From NCBI GenBank assembly GCA_043815885.1, contig JBDRIL010000029.1:3249-67248 (forward strand): a stretch of DNA of 64,000 nt, read 5' to 3'. Below the pieces are notes generated by a model, which did no database searches, was not told where the DNA came from, and saw only the letters and a program-made list of their open reading frames with translations. Of this stretch, positions 55,046-63,653 are shown in pieces. How positions within the stretch are numbered: the first letter of the stretch is position 1; each line of letters starts with the position of its first letter. Source of the stretch: an archaeon (lineage in GTDB: Archaea > Iainarchaeota > Iainarchaeia > Iainarchaeales > 1-14-0-10-31-34). The translations under genes were made by a program, and so were the position numbers.

Positions 55046-55759
55046 TTAATTCCTCCTTCGATGATTTTTTCCATCATAAATGATTTTTCCATCCCTTAAT
55101 TCAATGACCCTTTCAGCATACTTCGCAATGTCTGATTCATGGGTTACAACTACAACTGTTTTTCCCTCTTTTTTGTGCAAATCTTCAAATAATTTCATTA
55201 TTTCATAGCTTGTTTTTGTGTCCAGGTTTCCTGTTGGCTCGTCTGCAAGAACCATTGAAGGCTCAGCAGACAGGGCTCTTGCAATCGCTACCCTCTGTCT
55301 TTCTCCTCCTGAAAGCTGTGCAGGCAAATGTCTTTCCCTGTGCTCCAGTCCAATGAGTTTAATTAATTCCTTGACTTTTTTCTTTATTTTTTCTTCACTG
55401 AATTCATGGATCTTCATTGGCAAGGCAATGTTTTCAAAAACATTCAATGTAGGGTATAAATTAAAAACCTGAAAAACAAAGCCAATTTCTTTTCCCCTGA
55501 TTCTGGCAATCCTTGATTCAGGAAGCTGTGTTATTTCTGTTCCACTCAAAAAAACCAATCCCTTTGTTGGAATATCCAGAGCGCCAATCATATTAAGTGC
55601 AGTGGATTTCCCTGAACCTGAAGCACCAACTACAGCCACAAACTCTCCTTCCTTAACGTGCATGCTGATGCCTCTAAGTGCAGGCACTTCAACTGAATCC
55701 ATTTGATATATTTTCCAGACATCCTTCAATTCTAAAACAGTATTTACCATTTCTCTCAC
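55046..55759 (-). CDS. ABC transporter ATP-binding protein (MacB/LolD-like)
   Basis: Walker A GASGSGKST, signature LSGGERQRVAIARAL, Walker B LADEPTGNLD. Confidence 0.9.
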   Translation of the reverse strand: MREMVNTVLELKDVWKIYQMDSVEVPALRGISMHVKEGEFVAVVGASGSGKSTALNMIGALDIPTKGLVFLSGTEITQLPESRIARIRGKEIGFVFQVFNLYPTLNVFENIALPMKIHEFSEEKIKKKVKELIKLIGLEHRERHLPAQLSGGERQRVAIARALSAEPSMVLADEPTGNLDTKTSYEIMKLFEDLHKKEGKTVVVVTHESDIAKYAERVIELRDGKIIYDGKNHRRRN

Positions 55760-55790
55760 TTAAATAAAGATTATATGCCTTTAAAAGAAA

Positions 55791-55809
55791 GATGGACTTT
55801 AAGTCCATC
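55791..55809. promoter_or_regulatory. perfect 19-bp palindrome GATGGACTTTAAGTCCATC upstream of the ABC operon
   Basis: 9-bp arms around a central T; lies between a GGGCC-n10-GGCCC hairpin and the ABC ATPase start. Confidence 0.4.
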
Positions 55810-55896
55810 CTGAATCTGGATTATTTAGAATAAATAAAAGTGAGGGCCTATTTCCAAAGGCCCCCTTAACTTTCTTGGAGGTTTTAAGAATGGATT

Positions 55897-56379
55897 TCAG
55901 AAGGGGGGTTTCCATTTATTCATTGAATGAAATCCTCTGCCAAAACCTCTCATGGGCATTTGATTAAGGCCAAGCTCTTCTGCAAGAGCATTAGCTGTTT
56001 CATGGTCACCGCTCTTTCTTGCATTATGGAGTTCCACAAATGAATCAAAGTTTTCCTCTGTAATTAAATCAGTTATTTTTGGCCTGCTTTCAATTGCTTC
56101 AACCCATGCATCATAATCTCCGTCTTCCAGGGCCTGTTCAACAGAAGCCCTTGCCCTGTATTGTTCAGTCAGTTGATGGAAGTTTTCCTCTGTCATTCTT
56201 TCAGCAATGTTTCCGCATTTCCCTGTTTCAGGCAATGCCTGAATGAACGCATCATAGTCCTCGTTCTCCAATGCATTCTTTGCTGCTTCATTCCCCTGAA
56301 AGCCTCCGAATGCATACACTCCTGATGCTGTTACAACACAAACTGCAAGAGTAAACAACATCAAAAAAGATTTTCTCAT
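55897..56379 (-). CDS. secreted protein with two internal repeats
   Basis: Signal peptide. Two ~45-aa repeats: ALENEDYDAFIQALPE...TEENFHQLTEQYRARAS and ALEDGDYDAWVEAIESR...TEENFDSFVELHNARKS. Confidence 0.5.
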   Translation of the reverse strand: MRKSFLMLFTLAVCVVTASGVYAFGGFQGNEAAKNALENEDYDAFIQALPETGKCGNIAERMTEENFHQLTEQYRARASVEQALEDGDYDAWVEAIESRPKITDLITEENFDSFVELHNARKSGDHETANALAEELGLNQMPMRGFGRGFHSMNKWKPPF

Positions 56380-56519
56380 TCAATACCACCTCTTTTTTTT
56401 ATTGCGGCTTTCTGCCACACAGTAAGAATGCTGGTTTTCTCATTTATAAGGAAGAAGGACAGAAAATGTGCACTTAACGTCCATATGTTTTTTATATTGC
56501 CTTTCCCACAAAATAATAA

Positions 56520-57236
56520 ATGCCTCCGTATTTTGCAGGACCATTTGCAGGACCAATTTTGGAATTGCTCATCATAGAGCTTGCTTATTTTATTGTAGTT
56601 GTAGGAATCTGTCTTACCATATATTTCAGGACTAAAGAGCTTTACAATATCTCCCAACATAAAGGAATCTTTTACTTCAGGAACATCTTCCTTTATTTTG
56701 CTTTTGCATACTTTTTCAGGCTGATTAATGCTTTATACATGCTCTCAAATGAAGCCCTTGACTTGGGATTCAGAAGAGGTTTTTTCCAGTTTGACCTCTT
56801 ATTTGTAAGTTATTTCAGCACAATGGCTATCCTATCGCTTTTAATGGCTGTAATGACTAGAAGCATTAAAAAAAATGTACAGACAGCCGATTACATACTT
56901 CATGGAATTGCATTGATTTCCTCTCTTTTTGTTTTTGTGACCAGATCATTTCCCCTGCTGTTTCTTGTACAGACAATTGTTTTAATAGGAGCAGTCATAA
57001 CTGTATTCATTACTCCCCAGAAAAAGAAACCCAAAAGACTCCTTTCACAAAACACTGTTACTTATGCTTTATTGGCTGTCTTCTGGGTTATTAACCTGCT
57101 TTCATTCAACAATAGATTCATCCCGCCTGATTTAAAGATTATTTTTTACCTTCTTTCAATTGCTGTTTTTGTCTCCATCTTTTTAAGGGTGCAAAAGAGG
57201 TTGCCTTCAAATGCAAAAAAAGAGAAACAGGCTTGA
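56520..57236 (+). CDS. polytopic membrane protein (hypothetical)
   Basis: 238 aa, six or more TM helices. Confidence 0.5.
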   Translation: MPPYFAGPFAGPILELLIIELAYFIVVVGICLTIYFRTKELYNISQHKGIFYFRNIFLYFAFAYFFRLINALYMLSNEALDLGFRRGFFQFDLLFVSYFSTMAILSLLMAVMTRSIKKNVQTADYILHGIALISSLFVFVTRSFPLLFLVQTIVLIGAVITVFITPQKKKPKRLLSQNTVTYALLAVFWVINLLSFNNRFIPPDLKIIFYLLSIAVFVSIFLRVQKRLPSNAKKEKQA

Positions 57237-57486
57237 CATAATATACTCAATACTAGGAATCATCCGGGAACACTATAATTCAATAAAGCCCACTCCCTTA
57301 CTGAGATACACCAATATTTCCTCCCAAAGCTTTTCCGAATACTACAAAGAACTAAAAGAAAAAGAATTCATAAGAGAAGAAACAGACAAAAAAGGAAGAA
57401 AATACATTTCCCTAACAGACAAAGGATTCAAATTCCTTGAAAAATACAGAAACCTCAAAGGATTCATAGAAGAATTCGATTTATGA
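57211..57486 (+). CDS. winged-helix transcriptional regulator (small archaeal wHTH)
   Basis: LDIIYSILGII...KPTPLLRYTNISSQSFSEYYKELKEKEFIRE...GRKYISLTDKGFKFLE. Confidence 0.6.
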   Translation: MQKKRNRLDIIYSILGIIREHYNSIKPTPLLRYTNISSQSFSEYYKELKEKEFIREETDKKGRKYISLTDKGFKFLEKYRNLKGFIEEFDL

Positions 57487-57592
57487 AGCCCTACTTTTGT
57501 TTACGTCAGTTCAACACTTTCATGTGCCTTACTTTGTCATTGGAAGAAAGCTTTAAATAGTTCCCAGTTCTTTATTTTATTGGTGAAGTATT

Positions 57593-58042
57593 GTGGGTGC
57601 AAGACGTGCAGCAAAAAGAACAGGTCCAAGCGGTTCACTTGCTGCAAGAAAAGGAAGAGGAGGACCGATATCGACTGCTGCGCCCCAGAAAGGAAGGCAT
57701 CGAAAGAAAAAACACGTTTCAGGAAGTGGCCAAGCAGGACCGCAACAATCTGCTCCCAGAAAGAAGGGAGGAAAGCGTCAAGAAGCAAAAATGACACATG
57801 GAAAAGCACTTAAACTGCAATATAAAACGGAAGGAGCAAGTGGAAGCGTGGTCTCAGGAGGAGGCAAAAGCAAATTCGCTCAAAAGCAAAGTACTGACCT
57901 AAAGTTCAGAATCCGTGAAGGGGATATTAGAAGGTTGATGCAACAGAGAAACGTTTCCCGTAAAGAAGCTGAGAAAATTTTAAGGAATGAAGAATTTTTA
58001 AGGCAAAAGGAGAGAGAAAAGAGCAGTTTTGGTAGATACTAA
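57593..58042 (+). CDS. highly basic G/R/S/Q-rich hypothetical protein in a compositionally atypical segment
   Basis: The longest of three overlapping frames; this segment is noticeably more GC- and purine-rich than its flanks; the coding status is uncertain. Confidence 0.3.
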   Translation: MGARRAAKRTGPSGSLAARKGRGGPISTAAPQKGRHRKKKHVSGSGQAGPQQSAPRKKGGKRQEAKMTHGKALKLQYKTEGASGSVVSGGGKSKFAQKQSTDLKFRIREGDIRRLMQQRNVSRKEAEKILRNEEFLRQKEREKSSFGRY

Positions 58043-58093
58043 TTTAGTATTCTAATTATTCCTAAACTTCGAAAAAAACCTAATATTATAGAT

Positions 58094-58807
58094 TTATGTC
58101 CTGCTTTTCTTAAGAATATAAACAGCAAAATGAGGGTATTTTGTTTCGGAATACCATTTGAAAGGTTCTTTTCCTGTAGCCAAAGGCTTATGTAATTCCA
58201 GTATTTCAAAACCTGCTTCAGAAAATATCTCCCTGTAATCTTTTTCTGTCCAATAGTAGTCATAAAAAATTATGTCTGTTCCCCTAAACCCAATTTTAAC
58301 CTGCATCCCGCTTTTTATATCTTTATTTTCAAGATAACTGTAAATAAATGAAGCACAGTCATGCCTATACATATTCTCTGCATCAGTCACTATTATGATT
58401 ATTCCTTCTTTCTTCAGAACCCTGTTTAACTCAAAAAATATTTCTTTCATCTTTTCTTTGGATGGAATTTCCATTAACACCAAAGAAACCAATATTAAGT
58501 CAAGTGAAGAATCAGTGCTGGGAATTCTATTATTTTTAATAAGATGATATTCTCCTTCAAGATCAAACTTTTTAGCTTCGGTTATCATATCCTGGCTTGC
58601 ATCAATGCCGATTGTCTCCAAACCCAGTTTTTTTAAGAATCTGGTGGAACGCCCGCCTCCACAGCCAAAATCAAGAGCCTTTCTACCTTTAACATATTTT
58701 TCAATGAATCCAGGGATATCACGATACGCTAAATAAAATGTGTCCTTAATATCTAGCTTGGAATATTCCTTTGCAAACCTTTGATATTCATGCGATGCCA
58801 TAATCAT
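58094..58807 (-). CDS. class I SAM-dependent methyltransferase
   Basis: LDFGCGGGRSTRFL motif I; DASQDMI motif. Confidence 0.8.
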   Translation of the reverse strand: MIMASHEYQRFAKEYSKLDIKDTFYLAYRDIPGFIEKYVKGRKALDFGCGGGRSTRFLKKLGLETIGIDASQDMITEAKKFDLEGEYHLIKNNRIPSTDSSLDLILVSLVLMEIPSKEKMKEIFFELNRVLKKEGIIIIVTDAENMYRHDCASFIYSYLENKDIKSGMQVKIGFRGTDIIFYDYYWTEKDYREIFSEAGFEILELHKPLATGKEPFKWYSETKYPHFAVYILKKSRT

Positions 58808-58876
58808 TTATTGTCCTTTTTTTCATTTAAACCTTTTCTTTAAGGCACACTAAAACTGACTGATCCACGACAATAT

Positions 58877-59042
58877 CCAAAAATGGGCTAACGGACACAG
58901 GCTTTACCATAACTTCATTAAAGAAAATTCAACAATCGGAATGACGCCTTCAGAGAAAGCAGGAATTGAATTAAACTTAAACAGAAATAAGTGGTTGAGT
59001 TTATTAGAACAAAGCTTAAACTCCACACATAAACAAGAATAA
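58877..59042 (+). pseudogene. fragment of IS6-like transposase (C-terminal ~50 codons), remnant second copy
   Basis: Translates as ANGHRLYHNFIKENSTIGMTPSEKAGIELNLNRNKWLSLLEQSLN. It is ~90% nt identical to the reverse complement of 60852-61010 and in the opposite orientation to the intact copy. Confidence 0.75.
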
Positions 59043-59084
59043 TCAGTTTTTGACCGTATTATTTTTTATATTTGAAAGACTTTC

Positions 59085-59588
59085 TTGTTAATGGAAGGTG
59101 ATAAATTAATGCCGGGAGGAAAAAGAACTGTAAAACGAAGCTCAGGATTATATAAACCCACTACCGTCAGAGGTGTAAAAGTAGGTAAACCAGAGAGCGG
59201 GACTCTTCATACATTCAGACCAAAGGAAATTTTGGAAAGAAAGAAATTTAACTATTTAGCGGATTTTCGTAAGCTTAAGGATTTTATTGTTCTTGGTAAA
59301 CGTCAACTGCCTCTTAAGACAGGTGAATTCGCATTCATAAACACTAATACAGGAAATTTTGTTGGAAAGGGAAGGAAAAATAAGTTTGAATTCTTGGCTA
59401 CCCATAAAGTTGGAAGGAAATGGGAAAGCTATGAAAAAATGCCAGAACCAAAAATAATTCCTATTTCCGAAATTAAAAGTGGATACTCTATTGCAATAGC
59501 AGGACGCAAAGAAAAACGAAAAACAACAACAAAAAGGGAAAAGAAATCGATAGAGCCAGAGCATGGTGGCGGAATGAGAAACTTTTAA
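59085..59588 (+). CDS. hypothetical basic protein (accessory region)
   Basis: 167 aa, K/R-rich, no family recognised. Confidence 0.35.
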   Translation: MLMEGDKLMPGGKRTVKRSSGLYKPTTVRGVKVGKPESGTLHTFRPKEILERKKFNYLADFRKLKDFIVLGKRQLPLKTGEFAFINTNTGNFVGKGRKNKFEFLATHKVGRKWESYEKMPEPKIIPISEIKSGYSIAIAGRKEKRKTTTKREKKSIEPEHGGGMRNF

Positions 59589-59635
59589 TTTTTTCACCTC
59601 CTTTCGATTTTTTTCTTTTAAAACTGACGAATACG

Positions 59636-59800
59636 ACAGGGTTTTTTGCCTGACGAATTTTCGACAGAGCCCTGAAAGCGGCATTGTCGTAAAGGGGGTT
59701 GATTTGATTGGAAAAAAGTAAAGTGTCGAATTCGGTTGGTATTGAAAGGAAAGGGGGTGAAAAAAACGAAAAAATTAATAAGGAGCTTTCCCTTTTAGAT
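59636..59800. repeat. conserved ~165-nt leader module (GAATACGACAGRGCCCTGAAAGCGGCATTGTCGTARRGGGGTTGATTT...GTCGAATTCGGTTGGTA.TGAAAG...CGAAAAAATTAATAAGGA), copy 1
   Basis: Copy 2 is at 63335-63490. Each copy precedes a divergent small TM peptide and may encode a shared N-terminal peptide SNSVG(I/N)ERKGGE(K)NEKINKE. Confidence 0.7.
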
Positions 59801-59968
59801 AAGGTTTTGGGGTTTGAGCTTATGAAAAAGGGAGCAGTTAATTTAATTGTAGTTTTTGTGCTACTTTATGTTTTCTTTGTGTATGTCATGAAGATAAACT
59901 TAGTTATTTCATATGTTGTGGCAATAGCAATCGCATTAATTTTAGCTTACTCGAATGATTGGCTATGA
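59708..59968 (+). CDS. small membrane protein (conserved leader region + divergent TM core), paralogue of 63384-63653
   Basis: TTG start in the track ORF; an alternative internal ATG gives a 48-aa TM peptide MKKGAVNLIVVFVLLYVFFVYVM... Confidence 0.45.
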   Translation: MEKSKVSNSVGIERKGGEKNEKINKELSLLDKVLGFELMKKGAVNLIVVFVLLYVFFVYVMKINLVISYVVAIAIALILAYSNDWL

Positions 59969-60231
59969 CTATTAAAGAATTAGAAAAAAAAGTTGCAGAG
60001 CTGGAAATCAAGGTAGGTTTTGATAACCGATTGAAAGGGATAGAAAATAAACTTTTAGATTTGGACAAAAAATTTAGTGAACATAAAAAAAGTTGGATGG
60101 AAAAAGTCACATTAAAAAGTTTAGTAGATTGGACTTCAAAAAATGTAAGGGATTTATCAATCCAAATAATAATAACAATAATAATAGCAATAATAGTTTT
60201 CTTGATATCTATTTCTTCAATAAAAATTTGA
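59959..60231 (+). CDS. small coiled-coil protein with C-terminal TM helix
   Basis: 90 aa; overlaps the previous ORF's stop. Confidence 0.4.
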   Translation: MAMTIKELEKKVAELEIKVGFDNRLKGIENKLLDLDKKFSEHKKSWMEKVTLKSLVDWTSKNVRDLSIQIIITIIIAIIVFLISISSIKI

Positions 60232-60244
60232 AAAAAAACTGATT

Positions 60245-60832
60245 TTATTTTACTGATTGTTCCAACAAGTATTCAAGTAAACCTATCTTCTTGAATATCT
60301 CATGAATCACATCAACGTATTCGTGTCGCACTTGTTTCTGGATTTCCACTTGTTTGTTAAATCTTTCTCCTTTCATAAAAGGGTTTTTCATTAATTTATG
60401 CTCATTATAAGTTGTATAACTTGCAATAATGTCAGCAAGTTTTTTTCCGTTTTCTTCTATTTTCCTAATTTCCCCGATAATTAATCTCTTTTTTTCAAAA
60501 TTATTTTTTCCTTTAATGCCTCTTAAAAAATAAGGTATTTGCTGTTTGTCTTTCAGTGCCTTAATGGTGCTTAAATCCTTTAAAACTTTATTAGGTTTAG
60601 ATAAATGTCCCCACACAAATTCAATCATTATTCTGTATCCTTCTTTGTTTAAGAATATTGGATTTTTTTTATCGTGGTATTTGATTGAAAGCCCTCTGTA
60701 TTTTCTTTCAAAACTTCTGCAAGTTTTAATATTTTTTGGAAGCATGAATTGTTTTTGTAGAAGGGCTTTTTTGTGTTTCTGAAAGCTTTGATATGAACGT
60801 AATCTTTTCAATCTTTGTTTTAATTTTTTCAT
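60245..60832 (-). CDS. hypothetical basic protein
   Basis: 195 aa; abuts the transposase gene. Confidence 0.35.
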   Translation of the reverse strand: MKKLKQRLKRLRSYQSFQKHKKALLQKQFMLPKNIKTCRSFERKYRGLSIKYHDKKNPIFLNKEGYRIMIEFVWGHLSKPNKVLKDLSTIKALKDKQQIPYFLRGIKGKNNFEKKRLIIGEIRKIEENGKKLADIIASYTTYNEHKLMKNPFMKGERFNKQVEIQKQVRHEYVDVIHEIFKKIGLLEYLLEQSVK

Positions 60833-60851
60833 TTAATTAATTATTGTTGTT

Positions 60852-61973
60852 TTATTGATTTAAGCTTTTCTCTAATAGGCTTAACCACTTATTTCTTTCA
60901 AGCTTTAAATCAATCCCTGCTTTCTCTGAAGGCGTCATTCCGATTGTTGAATTTCTTTTAATGAAGTTATGGTATAATCTGTGTCCGTTAGCCCATTCTT
61001 GTGTTGTCTTGTTTGACTTGAATCCTCTTCGCACTTTATCGAATTCCCTGAATTCATTATGATACCTTTCTACAAGATTGTTGTTTATTAAGTGCCTTCT
61101 TCCAACAATACTGATATGCTTTGTTCTCTTTGACTTGGTTCTGAATTCTCTCTTGATTGCTTTTGGATAGCTTCCAAGAGAATCAGTAATAATGAATTTA
61201 GGTTCTTCTGCTTTAGGATTGTTTTCTTTTACTTCAATGAAATGCTCTTGAGCATCCTTAATTTTTCTTCCTTCTGTGATTGTTGAAGCTAAGACAAATC
61301 TTGTTTTATGGTCTATTGAATTCCAAGCATAAACCCATTTTCCTTTGGATTTAACTAATTGTTCATCAGTATGAATTTGTCCGCTTAATTCAGGAGTGAA
61401 TTTCTTAGTGTATTCATCCATTTTTGCAGTGAACTTATTAATCCATCTTCGGATTGTATCAAAATGAATTCTGATGTTATAGAATTGGTAAACAGTATCA
61501 GAAATATCTCTCAATGATAAGCCTTTGAAGTATAAATCCATTGTTAAAGTAATGATTTTTGGGTTTGCTTTAACTCTTTTCAATGGCTCTAAAACAAATA
61601 GTTTTTTACAGGCTCTGCATTGCCATCTTTGTTTTATTCCTGCACTTGTCTTTCTTTTCCCGTATTTAACTATTAGGTCTGAATAACAGTGAGGGCATTC
61701 CTGTTTATTTGCATTGAATTCTTCCTCTATATTGAAGTCATCTAATTCTGCCTTGTTTTTCATTTTTAAGTAAAATTTGATTGAGTGAATGTGTTTGCAT
61801 TCAGTTTTCCTGTATTTGAAGTCAGGGCATTCACAACTCCATAGGTTAGCGTTCTGCACTTTATATTTTCCATTTCCAGATTGAGAAGGAATAATCCATT
61901 CATTCTCATTAACCATTAAAGGAGTATCGCCTTTAGACAAAATCGCTAAACCCCTAATTTCTCTTTCATTCAT
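60852..61973 (-). CDS. IS6-family-like DDE transposase with N-terminal SWIM-type zinc finger
   Basis: CECPDFKYRKTECKHIHS (CxCxnCxH) zinc finger. DDE region resembles IS6/IS26 (WVYAWNSIDHKTRF..., FIITDSLGSYPKAI, RRHLINNNLVERYHNEFRE, NGHRLYHNFIKRNSTIG). Confidence 0.75.
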   Translation of the reverse strand: MNEREIRGLAILSKGDTPLMVNENEWIIPSQSGNGKYKVQNANLWSCECPDFKYRKTECKHIHSIKFYLKMKNKAELDDFNIEEEFNANKQECPHCYSDLIVKYGKRKTSAGIKQRWQCRACKKLFVLEPLKRVKANPKIITLTMDLYFKGLSLRDISDTVYQFYNIRIHFDTIRRWINKFTAKMDEYTKKFTPELSGQIHTDEQLVKSKGKWVYAWNSIDHKTRFVLASTITEGRKIKDAQEHFIEVKENNPKAEEPKFIITDSLGSYPKAIKREFRTKSKRTKHISIVGRRHLINNNLVERYHNEFREFDKVRRGFKSNKTTQEWANGHRLYHNFIKRNSTIGMTPSEKAGIDLKLERNKWLSLLEKSLNQ

Positions 61974-62034
61974 AATAAATCACCTTATACCAATTTCGGT
62001 ATATACAATATAGGGCATAACCTTTTTAAAGGTT

Positions 62035-62053
62035 TCGGTATATTGGTATATTT
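62035..62053. repeat. 19-nt direct repeat TTTCGGTATATTGGTATAT (second exact copy 62199-62217; partial copy 61996-62006)
   Basis: Brackets the RHH ORF, immediately upstream of the transposase start. Confidence 0.7.
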
Positions 62054-62054
62054 T

Positions 62055-62189
62055 ATGTCTGAAAAAGCTAAAACAAGTTTGACATTAGATAAAGACTTAT
62101 GGAAGAAATTCAAAGTAAAGTGTGTTCAAGGGGAAAAGTCATATACTGCTGTAATCGAAGGACTTATCAAAGAGTGGCTTAAAAAATAG
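62055..62189 (+). CDS. 44-aa ribbon-helix-helix (CopG/Arc-like) protein
   Basis: Read by hand: MSEKAKTSLTLDKDLWKKFKVKCVQGEKSYTAVIEGLIKEWLKK. Matches the RHH pattern (beta strand SLTLDKDLWKKF, then two helices). Flanked by 19-nt direct repeats. Confidence 0.5.
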   Translation: MSEKAKTSLTLDKDLWKKFKVKCVQGEKSYTAVIEGLIKEWLKK

Positions 62190-62249
62190 CTAAATTTCGG
62201 TATATTGGTATATGTTTATTTATAAAGGTTTTTATCAATAGATTATGTT

Positions 62250-62519
62250 ATGGCAAAAGAAATTATTTTTGATGAATTAAAAAAAGAAGAAGCAATTCTA
62301 CTTCTCAAGGCATTTGATTATAAATTGGATAAAGAAGGACATATTTTAAGACCTTCTGGAAGCAAAATACCTTCAGAATTACACCCTAATAAATATCTTA
62401 CTTTAAAGGATTCAGCGTTGGTTCCTGCTGGTTCAATGGACGTTATTGATGCTAATCCAATATCTATTTCAAAATTTATTAGAGAACGGACGGTAGAAAA
62501 AGATGTCTGTTCCCGTTGA
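62250..62519 (+). CDS. hypothetical protein
   Basis: 89 aa; overlaps the next ORF. Confidence 0.35.
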   Translation: MAKEIIFDELKKEEAILLLKAFDYKLDKEGHILRPSGSKIPSELHPNKYLTLKDSALVPAGSMDVIDANPISISKFIRERTVEKDVCSR

Positions 62520-63267
62520 GGAGCTAATAAAACAAGTTTCAAGTTTGCCTTTGAAAGAGGCACTAGCCTTATTAGTAGTAAATAAGGTTTTGGAGTTTTC
62601 TGGGAAAGGGTATTCTGCTTTAAAGCAAATCATAATTGATAAATATAATGAAGGAAAATATGCGTTTGTTCCAAATAAAGAAGAAGCACAGAAATTAACG
62701 GAATTTGAGACAAGTTCTACTTACAAACAAATAAAGATTCTTGTTCCATCTTATCGCTATATTGATATTATTAGAACAGGCTTGTTAATTGACTTTTACC
62801 ATTGCAGAAATTTAAATGGAGATAAAGAAAGAGTTTTTAAAATTAAACAAAGTATAGCAAACACGCCAAATGGCAAAACCTTATTAAAAATTACGAACCT
62901 TCCTTCAACCCCTTTTTTTAGTATCATTCTTAAGTATTTATATGATTTAAAAATTAATAATAATTATTCAGAGAAACAACTTGAAGAAACATTTGATGAA
63001 ACCATTTTACAATGGAAAGAATCCTCAAAATTCGTTGAAAATAAACATTCTGTGCAATCTATTATTAATTTTTGCACAAAGCAAATAGAATCAGATAAAT
63101 CACCAATATTTCTTCTGGCAATGCGACAAGCTGTAACAAAGTTGAACAAAGCTATTGAGACATTAGAAAGAAAAAACTTTTTTAAAGCCAACAATTATAT
63201 AAAAAGAATTATAATTTTAGAAGAAGGGAATCATCCAAGAGTAGAGGTTATGCTGATTAAAGAGTAA
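62503..63267 (+). CDS. hypothetical protein
   Basis: 254 aa; no family recognised. Confidence 0.4.
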   Translation: MSVPVEELIKQVSSLPLKEALALLVVNKVLEFSGKGYSALKQIIIDKYNEGKYAFVPNKEEAQKLTEFETSSTYKQIKILVPSYRYIDIIRTGLLIDFYHCRNLNGDKERVFKIKQSIANTPNGKTLLKITNLPSTPFFSIILKYLYDLKINNNYSEKQLEETFDETILQWKESSKFVENKHSVQSIINFCTKQIESDKSPIFLLAMRQAVTKLNKAIETLERKNFFKANNYIKRIIILEEGNHPRVEVMLIKE

Positions 63268-63334
63268 CAAACAGCCCCCGAAGTAAGCGTGAATAACATA
63301 TGCTAAAATCAACCGCATCCGACTTAATTTTCAT

Positions 63335-63490
63335 CAACCGAGAATACGACAAAGCCCTGAAAGCGGCATTGTCGTAGGAGGGGTTGATTTTGAGTGAAAT
63401 TAATGGTTTGTCGAATTCGGTTGGTAATGAAAGAAAAGGAGGTGAAAACGAAAAAATTAATAAGGAAAACGCCCTTATTAATCGTGTTAG
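63335..63490. repeat. conserved leader module, copy 2
   Basis: Matches 59636-59800 at ~85% identity. Confidence 0.7.
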
Positions 63491-63653
63491 GGAGTTTAAT
63501 ATGGGCTGGTTTAATGTCCCCAAAAGTAAGTGGAGAACCATTGGAGTAGTTTTTTTTGTTATTGGAGCTTTTCTAATATTTTTTACTGATTACAGACAAT
63601 ACGGAGTAATAATAGCTATTTTAGGGGCAATCATTAATTTAGTTAATGGATGA
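63384..63653 (+). CDS. small membrane protein, paralogue of 59708-59968
   Basis: Shares the N-terminal LSNSVGNERKGGENEKINKE; a divergent TM core begins at the internal ATG (MGWFNVPKSKWRTIGVVFFVIGAFLIFF...). Confidence 0.45.
   Translation: MILSEINGLSNSVGNERKGGENEKINKENALINRVREFNMGWFNVPKSKWRTIGVVFFVIGAFLIFFTDYRQYGVIIAILGAIINLVNG

Noticed and set aside
56376-56660. Minus-strand 94-aa ORF overlapping the start of the 238-aa membrane protein
   Set aside because: It overlaps a longer, hydrophobic and coherent plus-strand ORF, and has no motifs or plausible start context.
57580-58040. GC-rich segment as SRP RNA or RNase P RNA
   Set aside because: It has only a weak resemblance to the SRP helix-8 GGAA region. 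No RNase P CR-I/II/III motifs or GGUAAG were found. It is left as an uncharacterised compositional anomaly.
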